DNA of 64,000 bases from Octopus vulgaris (GCA_951406725.2 OX597823.1:40486001-40550000), one strand, 5' to 3'; positions 1-12,884 are shown, counted from the first letter of the stretch. Translations and numbers: made by a program. Notes: generated from the letters alone by a model not told the origin.

Positions 1-228
1 GTTACCTCTATTTCCAGGTATTTGTATTTTGAAAGTTTCTCCACTTCTTTTAGAGACACGTTGTCATCTGCCGGTATTGATACATCAATTAGAAAGCATT
101 TTTTTTCTTTATGATCTCTGACAACTATATCTGGTCTGTTGGCCTTAATTTCTCTATCTGTGTGTATCGGCATATCCCAGAGTATGGTTGCTTTCTCGTT
201 TTCTGTGACCTTTTCTGGTGTGTGCCTA

Positions 229-230
<2 letters not shown>
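1..230 (-). mobile_element. R4/Dong-clade non-LTR retrotransposon, 5'-truncated fragment encoding the restriction-like endonuclease (RLE) domain; runs off window start
   Basis: Minus strand translates without stops as YRHTPEKVTENEKATILWDMPIHTDREIKANRPDIVVRDHKEKKCFLIDVSIPADDNVSLKEVEKLSKYKYLEIEV, the RPD...IDxxxP...KxxKY (PD-(D/E)xK) signature of RLE LINEs; abuts (TAA)n. Confidence 0.9.
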
Positions 231-262
<32 letters not shown>

Positions 263-321
263 GAGTGAGAGAGCAGTTCATGCCATCAAAGTGACACTGG
301 GGTAAAATATACGAAGCCCAA

Positions 322-324
<3 letters not shown>
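263..324 (-). mobile_element. ~60-bp 3' tip of the TAA-associated retroelement seen at 56111-57005
   Basis: Reverse complement is near-identical to 56945-57005 (tgggcttcgtatattttaccccagtgtcactttgatggcatg..ctgctctctcactc); (TAA)n on both sides. Confidence 0.85.
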
Positions 325-391
<67 letters not shown>

Positions 392-805
392 TTCATTGTC
401 ATCTTTAAATTCTGTTTCCATTTCTAGTCGAGTATCTTCTTGACAGCTAGGGTAGAGAAACGCACTGTGTACATTGGTAAGCAATTAAAATAAACATACC
501 AGATTGTTCATTTACAAAGTCATGTGATAGAGAAAAGAGAAAAAAAAAGGAAGAAAAATAAAAGATAAAAACGTAAACAAATAAAATAAGAGAGGTAAAA
601 ATGAAAAAAATAATTCACAGAGACAATGTTCTTCTCAGTACCTGTGATATACCAGCTAAGACAATCTGTTGCGCTTCCTGCCTGGATGATAAGCCAAAGA
701 TCTTTCTGAATTTTCAGTTCATTTTTTTTTATCATTCCGAGTGCTCCTACAATAACTGGTACTGTAACCGTTTTGAGATGCCACATCTTGTCGATTTCGA
801 AAATT
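392..805 (-). mobile_element. R4/Dong-clade LINE 3' end (ORF C-terminus, 3' UTR, (AAT)n tail), 5'-truncated and frameshifted
   Basis: FEIDKMWHLKTVTVPVIVGALGMIKK then (shifted) QQIVLAGISQVLRRTLSL*, typical end of the RLE ORF; followed on minus strand by (AAT)n 325-391. Confidence 0.85.
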
Positions 806-1157
806 ATTATTGTTGTTGTTGGTGGTGGTGGTGCTGGTGCTGCTGTTGTTGTTGTTGGTGCTGTTGTAGTTCTTGTTGTTGTTATTATTATTAGTATTAT
901 AATTGTTATTATTGTTTTTATACTAGCACAATGTGTATCCTAACTATTCGAATAACTGTCTTTGAGCACCCAATCAGTGGCAATGTCAACATTCTCAACA
1001 CACAGCAGGCAGCTCACACTGTTATAACAGCTGCTCCCACCTACCATTAATATAAATAACGACTTGAATTACACAACTACAGCAGTTGCTGCAGCTGGTC
1101 TTTCTTCTCCCATTATAGAAACGACTTCTATAGCAACTGCTGTGGCTGCTGCTGCAG

Positions 1158-1225
<68 letters not shown>

Positions 1226-1238
1226 GCTACTGCTGCTG

Positions 1239-1297
<59 letters not shown>

Positions 1298-1298
1298 G
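1158..1298. repeat. (ACT)n microsatellite with GCT interruptions
   Basis: Direct reading; explains poly-T/poly-V ORFs. Confidence 0.95.
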
Positions 1299-1795
1299 TT
1301 ACTATTGTTGCAAATGCGTCATCCTCACCAGTCAATCTAGTTGCCTTGCCTGCAAGTAGCAGAAGTTAAATGATACACAAACATCTTACAAATAAAACAA
1401 AGGAGATGTTTAGATGACAGAACAGTAGAAATCTTTAAACAGACAAGATAGTCACGACTGGAGTGCCGGTGATGATAGAGGCTGACCGACGATGTTTGAC
1501 CACGAACTAAAGAACAACCACTATCACTACTACAACTGAACGCAGAGGGTTCAATAGTGACCTCATGCAAATTCTGCTTTAGGGAATCATAGAAATAATT
1601 GCTCCGTGAATCATGTCTGATGGTTCAATCATACATCTACCTGGGTGGCATAGAATCGTTCTTTTAGGGTTGACTTAGAACAGTAGTGGCGAACCCTTTA
1701 TAGCTCAGTGGGTTAAAGCTTGAATTACTTCAATATTCCTGTTATCTTAATGTCATTTACGACTACCAGTTTTATACTTGGTGCAACTGACGTAA

Positions 1796-1996
1796 CTCTT
1801 TTACTCTTTCACTTGCTTATCAGTCATGTGACTGTGGCCATGCTGGAGCACCGCCTTTAGTCGAGCAAATCGACCCCAGGACTTATTCTTTGTAAGCCTA
1901 TTACTTATTCTATCGGTCTCTTTTGCCGAACCGCTAAGTTACGGAGACGTAAACACACCAGCATCGGTTGTCAAATGATGTTGGCGGACAAACGCA

Positions 1997-2084
<88 letters not shown>

Positions 2085-2250
2085 TACGACGGGCTTCTTT
2101 CAGTTTCCGTCTACCAAATCCACTCACAAGGCATTGGTGGGCCCGAGGCTATAGTAAAAGACACTTGCCCAAGGTGCCACGCAGTGGGACTGAACCCGGA
2201 ACCATGTGGTTGGTAAGCAAGCTACTTACCCCACAGCCACTCCTACGTCC
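1796..2250 (-). mobile_element. tRNA-derived SINE family A, full length, internal microsatellite
   Basis: Minus strand has A box (tggctgtgggg) and B box (ggttcagtccc), body shared with 10190-10720, internal (TA)n(TG)n, tail ...gcatggccacagtcacatgactga. Confidence 0.9.
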
Positions 2251-2627
2251 ATACATTTACGTAAGTAAATTAAAAACACTCTTCTTCTTAGCTTTCTTAG
2301 TGTTTCTTAACTAAACACTCAACAAATATGAAAGGATACTGCGATCAACATAATGTGGCTGCTACTAGATTAAAATCATCATTGAAATGAATCATTGCTG
2401 ATGCAGTGTGAGGCCCTTGTATGATTCCTGAGCTGAGCTAAAGATTTGCCGATTCTGTTGCATTATGCACAGCTCTGCTGCCAGGCATAAGGAACAGGTG
2501 CCACAGTATGAAGTCTTTTGACATGCCATTTCAATCCTCCAAATGAAAGGCACACCTTTCTATAGGTTGCACATGTTCATATACATACACGTACATATAC
2601 ATGTATATACACACATAGTTACATCTG

Positions 2628-2766
<139 letters not shown>

Positions 2767-2767
2767 C

Positions 2768-2804
<37 letters not shown>

Positions 2805-2984
2805 TACTTACGAGTACTTACATGTCTATAACAATCTTCAGGCAAGTTGTCATATAACCCGAGATTGTAGAAATACAGGAACAAAACAGGAAAATCGGAC
2901 GATATATATGTGCGTGTGTGTGTGTTTATGTCTGTGTATATATATATGTATATATATATATATGCGTGTGTGTGTGTTTGTGAG

Positions 2985-3190
2985 TCAGTGTTTGTCCCCC
3001 TAGCATTGCTTGACAACCGATGCTGGTGTGTTTATGTCCCCGTTACTTAGCGGTTCGGCAAAAGTGACCGATAGAATAAGTACTGGGCTTACAAAAGAAT
3101 AAGTCCCGGGGTTGCTCGATTAAAGGCGGTGCTCCAGCATGGCCGCAGTCAAATGACTGGAACAAGTAAAAGAGTAAAAGAGTAAAAGAG
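2985..3190 (+). mobile_element. SINE family A, 3' half
   Basis: Matches 10525-10720; ends in (gtaaaaga)n tail. Confidence 0.9.
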
Positions 3191-3191
3191 A

Positions 3192-3279
<88 letters not shown>

Positions 3280-4321
3280 ATGTGTGTGTGTGTGCGTGTA
3301 TGTGAACTTTAAAGAATGTGGTTGTATGAGGCCAGAACAATCCTAAAAGGTACAAAGTAAACTACAACATGAAAAGAAAACAGAACAAAGTTGCAGTTTT
3401 ACCTTGTATTTCTATATTTCGGGGTGAAGACCCTTTTTCAGGACATTTGGATATCCTGAATATCCTGAAGAAGGGGTCATTCTTTAAATAAATATATATA
3501 TATTTATACTTATATCATTCTGATATTTTAGTCAATCTGATTGATAATATTTATATGTACACAATTTTACAACCACTGAATTATATCCCTCCCCTACATC
3601 TGCTGAGTCGGAATGCTTGTATATACATTTGCCTGCGTACGTATAGAGTGGCGTACAAGTGTGTGTGTATATGTGTGTCATTTCATCTATTATTTTTCTT
3701 TCCGTTTTACTTTCCTCCAGCATTTACCACTGAACGATATGGTTGAGAACACAAAAACTCAGAGTAGAGACACAGATGGTATCAACAAAATTAATTAATT
3801 ATACATTTTCTAATATATTTTTCTTCCGTTGTTTATAATTCATCATAACCAATACTTACACCCACACTGTATCTGTATGAGAGAACGAGAGGGAATGAGA
3901 GACAGAGAGTAAAAAGAGAGAGAGGCTGTGTGAGAAACAGAGAGAATGAGGGAAAGGTCGAAAGAGAAAGAGAAAGAGTGGGGGGGGGGGTTGAGAGGAA
4001 GGTGATTTCAGACTAGTGTGAATTGTAATCAAGTGAATGAGTACAGTAGAATAAATTTATTTTAAATCTGTATTAGCTGATGGTGGCAGTTTCACGTTAG
4101 CGTCAGTGTGTGTGTATGTGTGTACATGTGTTTGTATGTGTATATGTATGTACGTATGGGTGTATTTTTGTTAGTATGCATTTATGTAAGTATATATATA
4201 TATATATATATATGCTTACACACACATATACATACATATATCTATATCTATATATATACATGTGTGTGTATTATGTAACAGTGTACGTTCATGAGTATGT
4301 ATTTATGTTGGTATCTCTCTT

Positions 4322-4352
<31 letters not shown>

Positions 4353-4497
4353 GAATCCTGAACGTAAATACCTAAAATACGGAAGATGCGGTACAAATCC
4401 CACTGCGGCCCACTTTGCCTTTCCTTCCCCTGGGGTCAATAGAATGTATAGTGAATCTTATCCTCTCCAAATTAGAAATTACTCATAACATTCATAC

Positions 4498-4640
4498 CGG
4501 TGCGAATTGCCGTAGGAAGCTTGCTTCCTAACCTCATGGAACTGGGTTCACTCCCATAGCATTGCACATTGGGCATGTGTCTTCTAATCTGGCCTTTTGA
4601 GTGGATTGGGTAGACAGAAACCAAAAGGGGCTTGTCGTAT
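4498..4640 (+). mobile_element. SINE family A, degenerate 5' half
   Basis: Similarity to 10190-10355 (gggttcactccca, tgggcatgtgtcttcta, gagtggattgggtagacagaaac). Confidence 0.7.
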
Positions 4641-4642
4641 AT

Positions 4643-5160
4643 ATTAGGTCATCCCATAAATAATGCGTTTTTTTCAATTGCATGAACTAGAAGTCGGAGT
4701 GGGGCGGGATAAACTTTCTGCATCAACTTGCTATAAAAGCACGTGGTAATTTTACCTTGTCTTTATTCTTATTGCAAGTTTTGAAGAGTGCAGTTCGATT
4801 TCGATAGTTATTTTTTCAAAGCTATAATGGATGTGACAAAGGTGCATATTCGGTATATTTTGCCTTATGAATACAATAAAGGCAACAACGCAATGGAAAG
4901 TGCACCTATAGTACACACCTGACCGTCTACCTTCTGATTACCATTTTATTTCGATCCTTACAAAATACTTTTAGTAGTAAGAGCTTCAGTTCTTTGGAAG
5001 TGTGTAAAAACAACTTAGGCCATTCAGTCCGTGGCCCAGAAAGCTGCAAAATTCTGGGAGGATAGAATCCTGAGGCTGCGTCAAAGATGGTAACTGGTAG
5101 TGGGACAAAGTGAGGCACATGTTGCTGAAATACTGTATGTACGAGTATCAAATACTATTT
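4643..5160 (+). mobile_element. Internally deleted mariner (DD34D-type) remnant
   Basis: N-terminal MDVTKVHIRYILPYEYNKGNNA joined almost directly to C-terminal PSDYH..FRSLQN...KFWEDRILRLRQRW; starts tattaggtc; no matching right TIR seen. Confidence 0.75.
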
Positions 5161-5185
5161 ATTTCAAAAATGATCCGAACATGTG

Positions 5186-6476
5186 CAAGGTGTTCAAAAA
5201 GTCTCTCCGCAGTAAGTATCTTATTGCGAAATAAATATATATATATGTTATAAGACTACAAAAGAATATATTAGACTTTACAAGACTTTAAAAAAAAACA
5301 TTATAAGAGGTCTTGAAAGTGTCATCCTTCAATTTCAATACATAAGTTGACTCTTCTACACATGTTTTCAAATACTTCTTGGAGTGTCTGACGCGGTATG
5401 GACCGTGTGAAGGTTATGATAGCGTCTTTTGGCTCATTAATGATTTTCGGGCGATTCTTGTACACTGATCCTTTACTTGCTCCCCAGAAAAAAAAATCTG
5501 GCGGTGTTAAATCAGATGATTTTGGTGGCGAACGTCTCTTCGAAATAATCCGTTCACCGAAAAACACTTGAAGTCGTGCCATGGTGATGCGTGAAATATG
5601 TGCTGTAGCGCCATTTTGCTGAAAGTGTGCATTATTAATTTCACTTTCAGTGAATTGGCCTAGGAATGGATAAACAATATTTGAACAATATCTCTTGGTG
5701 TTGATGGTTTCTTCAAAAATATCGGCCCCACAATACGCTTTCTCGAAATCGCTGTCCACACTCCAGCTTTTTCGGGATGGAGAGGTTGCTCATGCGTCGC
5801 GTGTGGTTTCTTAATGTTCCACAACCTTGTGTTTTGCGAATTTATTTGTCCCGACAGATGAAACCAAGCCTCATCGATGTAAAACACCCATCCAGCACTT
5901 CTGTGCCTTTTCCGATAACAAAGTTTTAGAACCAATGACAATAACGAAGCCTTTTAGCATGATCCGTTGTCTTCAATTCTTGAATGGCCAGTACATTTTA
6001 TGGAAAGAAATGTAATTTCTTTTTACTGTCGTGTGAGCATTTCCTCGGCTGATTTCTGTTTCCTGTGACAATTTGCGTAAGGACTTTGATGGGTTTGCCA
6101 ACAGTTTATCAGAAATATTGTAGAGTGTTTCGTCTGAGAGAACAGTAGGCCTACCGCTTCTTGCTGTGTCTTCCACTGAGCCATGTGTTTCTAAATTTTC
6201 TTATTAAATCCCGCACAGTGTCACGATGCGGATCAACAGTATTTGGAAAAGTTTCACTGAACTTCTGTTTCACAGTATCTGTGTATTTGTTTCCAGCTCG
6301 AAACACCCATTCAACTAAACACGTACGTTCTTCAATGGTTAGCATGTTGGCACGTTGAAGGGTACACAATAACTGAGAGACAATGGCTGATACCCGGCCG
6401 CCCACGCAGTGATAGCCAAGTTGCGCATGCGCAGGATGAAAGAGATTAACTGTGGAGAGACTTTCTGAACACCTTG
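5186..6476 (-). mobile_element. Full-length but inactive Tc1/mariner-superfamily transposon (rosa/DD41D-like architecture, 38-residue spacing)
   Basis: 28-bp TIRs at 5186-5213 and 6449-6476 (2 mismatches), TA on right flank; transposase fragments inside. Confidence 0.92.
5322..6345 (-). pseudogene. Frameshifted transposase
   Basis: Four overlapping ORFs: MLTIEERTCLVEW (HTH), EDTARSGRP, IDEAWFHLSGQINSQNTRLW, FQQNGATAH (catalytic D changed to N), SSDLTPPDFFFWG. Confidence 0.9.
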
Positions 6477-6579
6477 TATTTCACACACACACACATATAC
6501 ATGCATGTATGTATGCATGCATATGAATATATATATCTATATAAATATATATATTTCTGTATATATGTGTGTGCGTTTG

Positions 6580-6639
<60 letters not shown>

Positions 6640-6733
6640 CATATATATATATACATACATAGATATATATGAGTGTATGTATAAATATATGCGTATGTGT
6701 ATATACACATAGGTGTGCATATGTGTGGATATA

Positions 6734-6782
<49 letters not shown>

Positions 6783-7618
6783 TATGCATCTATATCTCAT
6801 TATATTTGCATATATCCATGAAAAATGCTTCATCCTCATGCGTTTATCTGGGCTTGTAGATAACGGCATGCTGTTACAAGTATGGATTTGTCTACAGTCA
6901 TACAATATAGATATAAATAGCCGAGCAAGGAATAGATTAGAAAACCCTATCAAATATTTATAGTAATATAATCTTCTCAAGCCAAACTATCATAGAATAT
7001 CAAGTTTAACATTTCATAATAAAAGCCTTAATTACACCAACGTAAACTCTGACCTTCGCAGTATGATCGACTCTATTTTATATATAAACATTCTTCTGTG
7101 AACACTAAAATAGTACAACATGAACGTTATATACAAAGGAAACAGAAATGACACCCTGTTCACTCCTGACTGAACTCTAAGCAGTAGCAAAATTCCAATA
7201 TCAAACCAAAATAAATCTCTTCATACATTCCGATTATCTCTCACCCTGCAAAGAATTTCCTTTTATTCATCTCTGTTTCCTTTCTTACTACACAACGATT
7301 TTCCCCTGTCTAACTTCACTACCACCTAATTATCATTCACATTACTCCATTAACCAAACATCAACGTAGAAAAGGTTATATAAATCACAGTCTGATGAAG
7401 GGGAGCAAACTAAAACGCTAAGTCACAGTCAAACTTTGCCTTGTAAAAATTTATATAAGTACATAAATACATGCAAATATGTGTGTTTATGTATACATAC
7501 ATATCTCCATATGCGCGCGCGCGTGTGTGTGTGTGTGTGAGAGACATTTGGTATGATCCTAAAGAGGGTAAATAAGTATAAACAACCATTTCTCCACAGA
7601 GTGAAAAAATAATGAACA

Positions 7619-7769
<151 letters not shown>

Positions 7770-7787
7770 TAATCGCGCCATATTAAA

Positions 7788-8204
7788 GCGATTAACTTTA
7801 CTTGTTACTATAGTTATTACTCTCATCTCTTCTTGAAATTTTACAACTAGCTACTTTGGTTGCTGCAAATCAGTGACCGATGTTCGCTTTGTTTACAACA
7901 TATTGCTAGCGGGATTGGATTCTGACCATTTCTCTGGCGACCAGGTGTTCGCGACTGAAGATGAGCAAACTAGTTCTCATGATCCTGTCGTCTCCTGGAA
8001 GATGGTGGCGGTTCGCTTCCCTGCAAGCAATATATATATATAATGAGTGCAGTGATGCATCGATAACCACCTGGCGGAAGATCTGCCTGGAGTTAAACTA
8101 GTAGTAGTAACATGGAACAACCACTTTGATGTGGCGACTAACTTTACTTGTTAATATAATTACAGCTCTCATCTCTTCTTGAGATTTTACAACTAGATAC
8201 TTTG
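7788..8204. repeat. Element bounded by 71-bp direct repeats (7788-7858, 8134-8204; period 346 bp)
   Basis: gcga(t/c)taactttacttgtta...ctctcatctcttcttga(a/g)attttacaactag(c/a)tactttg occurs twice; flanked by (TA)n. Confidence 0.8.
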
Positions 8205-8239
<35 letters not shown>

Positions 8240-8295
8240 GTACTGTTCTGTGACAAAAAATTCAGAAAAAAAAGTACTCCATCTGGTGAGAGATA

Positions 8296-8816
8296 GATAT
8301 TATTAATCTAAAGAGCACAACACAGGTCTTTAAGTGCTACTAATAGTTTCATATGTTGAGAAATACTCAAACATATTCTTCAGGCACAAACCACTCATCA
8401 TAGCGAAATACAAAAAACGAAATAATAGAAGAAACGCGAAAAAATAAGAACAAGAAAAAAGAACTGAGAAGGCGGCATAAAGAATACGCAGAAAGTAAAG
8501 AACGGAAAAATGTAAAAAGGAAACAGAAGCACAAAAACTAAAATGTAAAAAGTAAAAAGTAAAAAGATAGAAGAGCTATCCTCCTTAGACCTTGAATTAT
8601 AAGGCTGGAGAGATATAACAAGTCAGTCAAGATGAGGCGTTTTCTATATGCTACCTTCTTAGTTTATTTCGAGTTTTTTCTACTATACTATTTTCTTTTT
8701 AGTTCGTTATGATATGTGGGTTGTGCCGGAAAAATATGTTTGAGTTTTTCTCAAAATATGAAACTATTAGTCGGACTTAAAGATATGTGTTGTGCACTTT
8801 AAATAAATAAATAATC
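8296..8816. mobile_element. Inverted-repeat element with ~95-bp arms, each carrying a hammerhead motif (Penelope pLTR-like)
   Basis: 8296-8393 is an imperfect reverse complement of 8717-8816. Confidence 0.75.
8334..8387 (-). ncRNA. Canonical type-I hammerhead ribozyme motif
   Basis: gtgc-CTGAAGA-atatgtttgag tattt ctcaacatat-GAAA-ctattag-TA-gcac: all core nucleotides and three complementary stems. Confidence 0.85.
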
Positions 8817-8818
8817 TT

Positions 8819-8879
<61 letters not shown>

Positions 8880-9149
8880 GTATATGTATATGTATATATA
8901 TATGCATATATATATATGGTGGATAATATGGTCTTGCAAAATTATCTATTAAAAGATGGCAAGTAATATTATTTGCTATAAAAATTCGAAACCATGGTAT
9001 AACCGTTAAATAACAAGGTAAATGTTTTTATTTTTCATCTGCTTCCAAATTTGCTATTAAATTGTGGTTTTTGGCCGTGTTGGCTGCTATTTCTAGCATG
9101 TAAAAAATACCTGTTGTAGGGTAATTTTCTATTTTGAAATATATATATA

Positions 9150-9975
9150 GCTATGTGGTAAGAAGTTTACTTCCCAACTACACGATCCCGCCTTGGGCTT
9201 GTGTCTTCTACTATAACTTTCGACCGATCCTAGCCTTGTGACTGGATTTAACAGACGGAAACTGAAAGAAGCCCATCGTATATATATATATATATATGTA
9301 TGCGTGTGTGTGTGTGTTTGTACGTGCGTGTATGTGTGTGTGCGTGAGTGTGCGAGTGTGTGTATATATATATATATAGTCAGCAAAAAGGAACCTATAG
9401 AATAAGTACCAGGTTATTTACGTCTTGTTTGTTGTTATGACAACATTTCGGCTGATCTACTCTCCAGCCTTCATCAGGTGCTCTGGTGAAATTTCGAACC
9501 CACCCTTTTATTTGTTAGTAGCCCGCGCTCTTATCCACACGCTATATGCCCGTGGTATATAGCGTAGTGGATAAGAGCATGGGCTACTAACTTGCGGATT
9601 CCAAGTTCAAACCCAGGCAGGGACTTGAAAAATATCAACAGAAAAATAACATCAGCAACATACCTTAGGAATGAGAACAATGTGCCCCATTAATGAAATA
9701 AAGGGTTGCGTTCGAAATTCTACAAGAACATCTGATGAAGGCTGGAGAGTACATCAGCCGAAACGTTGTGATAACAACAAACAAGATGATGACCCTTATG
9801 TCCTTCCATTCTAAATAATGTACATAATTTCTCGTCTCAAAAATATAGAGTAGTAAGTACCAGGTTTATAAACAATAAGTACTTCTAGGCGGATTAAAAT
9901 TTCTTCTACGCGGTGCCCCAGCATGGCCGCAGTTTAATGACTGAAATAAACGAAAGATAAAAGATAAAAGATAAT
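9150..9975 (+). mobile_element. Degenerate SINE family A interrupted by the 9416-9853 insertion
   Basis: Head 9150-9280, microsatellite, tail split at taagtaccaggtt and resuming 9854-9975. Confidence 0.8.
9416..9853 (+). mobile_element. Fold-back non-autonomous element with tRNA-like head and hammerhead motif in each arm; 13-bp TSD
   Basis: TSD taagtaccaggtt at 9403-9415 and 9854-9866; 9423-9550 is an inverted, internally deleted copy of 9552-9787; A/B-box-like tagcgtagtgg and gttcaaaccc; CTGATGA-a-ggctg..cagcc-GAAA at 9732-9763 (+) and 9446-9477 (-). Confidence 0.85.
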
Positions 9976-10189
9976 AGATAAATATGATTAAATAACTAAC
10001 AAATGGAACAAGACATTATTTAATGAATTTCATTAGCTTACATCTGTTTCTGCTATAATATGCAGTGCATTCTTAGTTGAGCGCTTATGTATCACCTTAT
10101 AACTCAGTCGGAGCTTAACAGGTGCAATTTCCTTTGGGAGAGCGTTTACATATATGGAAAACATTACCACCGAAAGAATGTAAAATATA

Positions 10190-10720
<531 letters not shown>

Positions 10721-11529
10721 TATAAAGAATATGAAATATATAATATATGCTTTTTTGATGGAGATATATATAAACGTCTTCCCATTTATAAACGTCTTGC
10801 CCTTTATTTTCAAACCTCAGACGAGGCTATTGAGTGATACATATGTGCTCAACCATGAGTGCATAGGATCTTATAGCAGAAACTGCTGTGAGTTAATGAA
10901 TTACATTACAAAATTTCTTATATCCTTGTCGTTTATTTAATTGTTTACTACGCTCTGTACTTGGCAATCGCTTTTTACTGAAGCATATATATATATTGTG
11001 TTCTAACATGAATTTATTAGTATCACTTTGCCTAATTGACATTTACATGTGTGTGTGTTTGCAGGTGTTCGTGTATGACAGAAAGAGGGGGAGGAAAAAT
11101 AGAGGGGGAGAAGGGAGTTGGAGAAATGGAGAGAGAGAGGAAGAGAAAAGAGGAGAGAAAGAATGAGACAAAGAATATTTATTTGGTTTGGTGTCATTAT
11201 TAAAGTTGCGCATTTAAAAATCATGTCTCACGTTTTGATTTACTTATATTTCTAAAATATTCAGATTTTATGCTTTATACATCAAACCGTTAATTTAAAT
11301 AATGTTTGAATATATTTCAGATTTTATGAAAACTGACGGTCCGATTCACAGAGCAATACCTGAATATTTACAAGTATAAACGCGAAATTATGAAAGAAAA
11401 CATTTTCTGTCTTCTATAGTGTTTGTAACTAAGTACTAACTTTTTGAATATATCTTCAAATATTTCTTTTAATGAGGAATTATAATAACGACAGTATTTC
11501 AATATATATTGCCAATTATTAAAACTGCA

Positions 11530-11925
11530 AGCCAGCAGAATCGCTAGCTTGCCAAAATGCTTACTAGTGTTTCTTACATTCGAAGTTCAAATTCCACTGC
11601 GGTCGACTTTGCCATTTATCCTTTCGGGGTCAATAAAATAATTCGATGTAAACGATTTAACCCCTAACTCCGAAACCCCTTGCCTTGTACTCAAATTTGA
11701 ATCCTGTATAGCCTATTATTAAGGTGGCACACTAGTAGAATAGCATGCAAACCGGGCAAAATGATTTGCGATATTTCATCTGTATTACGTTCTGAGTTCA
11801 AATTCCGAGGTCGACTCTGCCTTTCATTTGGTTCGGGGTCGAAATTGCTGGCCTTGTGCGAAAATTTGAAAACTTCCAAAGCGGTGCCCCAGCATGGCCG
11901 CAAACAAGTAAAAAAATAAAAGATA
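11530..11925 (+). mobile_element. Two degenerate SINE family B copies, the second ending in a family A tail
   Basis: gttcaaattcc..ggtcgactttgcc..tcctttcggggtc motif twice; then gcggtgccccagcatggccgc. Confidence 0.75.
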
Positions 11926-12105
11926 CTGCCCTATCTTGTTGAAGGTTATACCTTAAACATTCTCTCCATCAAGAGTTACTGTTGCAAATGCTAATGGAGC
12001 TGCCACAGTCGCCACTGTTTAACATCCTTGCCAGACATCGATTCTACGGTATTCTCATTGAGGTTCGGTACTGAGTTGTATATGGCAAAAGCAAACTATA
12101 TGTGT

Positions 12106-12507
12106 CTTTTATCTGTTTCTTGTTTCAGCCATTGGACTTCAGCCTTGCTGGGGGTTCTACTGTGAAGTGTTTAATCAAGCAAATCGACTGCTGTACATAC
12201 TTTTTTAAGTTACAGATCCGCTAAGTTACAGGAACATGACCAAAACAGCATCAAAACAATAACGATTGACAAGCGGCGTGAGTTGGGGAGACAAGCGTAA
12301 ACACAAACATATACGCGCACACGCGCGCACACGCGCGCACACACATACACATATATACAGCCGGCTTCCGCACAGTTTCCGTCTATGAAAGTCCCCCACA
12401 ATGCTTTGATCGGCACCATGCTTATACTAGAAGACATTTGCCCAAGGTGAATTTGAAACCCCAAGGCTGCAAGTCGAGCGTTTAACCACATGGGTATATC
12501 TACGCCT
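12106..12507 (-). mobile_element. Degenerate SINE family A
   Basis: cgctaagttac, cagtttccgtcta, gaagacatttgcccaaggtg match other minus-strand copies. Confidence 0.8.
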
Positions 12508-12884
12508 ATGGTGTGGAGGGTTACTTTTATTCTTGTAGTGCCTCGATAGGATACTTATTCTGTCCTGGTGTCCCAGAGATTATGCTATATGTTACTGAGA
12601 ATGGAATAGCGAATAGCAACAGAAATTATAAAGCAAAATGGCTTCTCTTCTTGCATGAAGAATGCGAAAGAGAAACAGTAGGTCTTACATCAGTTTTAAT
12701 CAAAATTCTACTTTTAAAAATCTCATACCTTCAAGATGTTAGTACCTGGTTTGAGATTCCATAAAAGATAAAAGAAAATAATTTATTGTTTCAATGTTTC
12801 TCAATTAAATCTGTACAAATTGTTTCTAATTTAAGCACAAGGCCAACAATTTTGAAGGGGGTGCTTCATCGATTACATAGACCC

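Noticed and set aside
1681-2457. hAT-type MITE with cagtagtggcgaacc end
   Set aside because: Putative right TIR is too divergent and there is no 8-bp TSD
7392-7420. CTGATGAagggg...taaaacg as a hammerhead
   Set aside because: Stem II and GAAA missing; at best a decayed relic
9552-9625. tRNA gene calls for this and other SINE heads (10190, 18000, 28447)
   Set aside because: A/B boxes are present but I could not form a complete cloverleaf, and each continues into a repeat body
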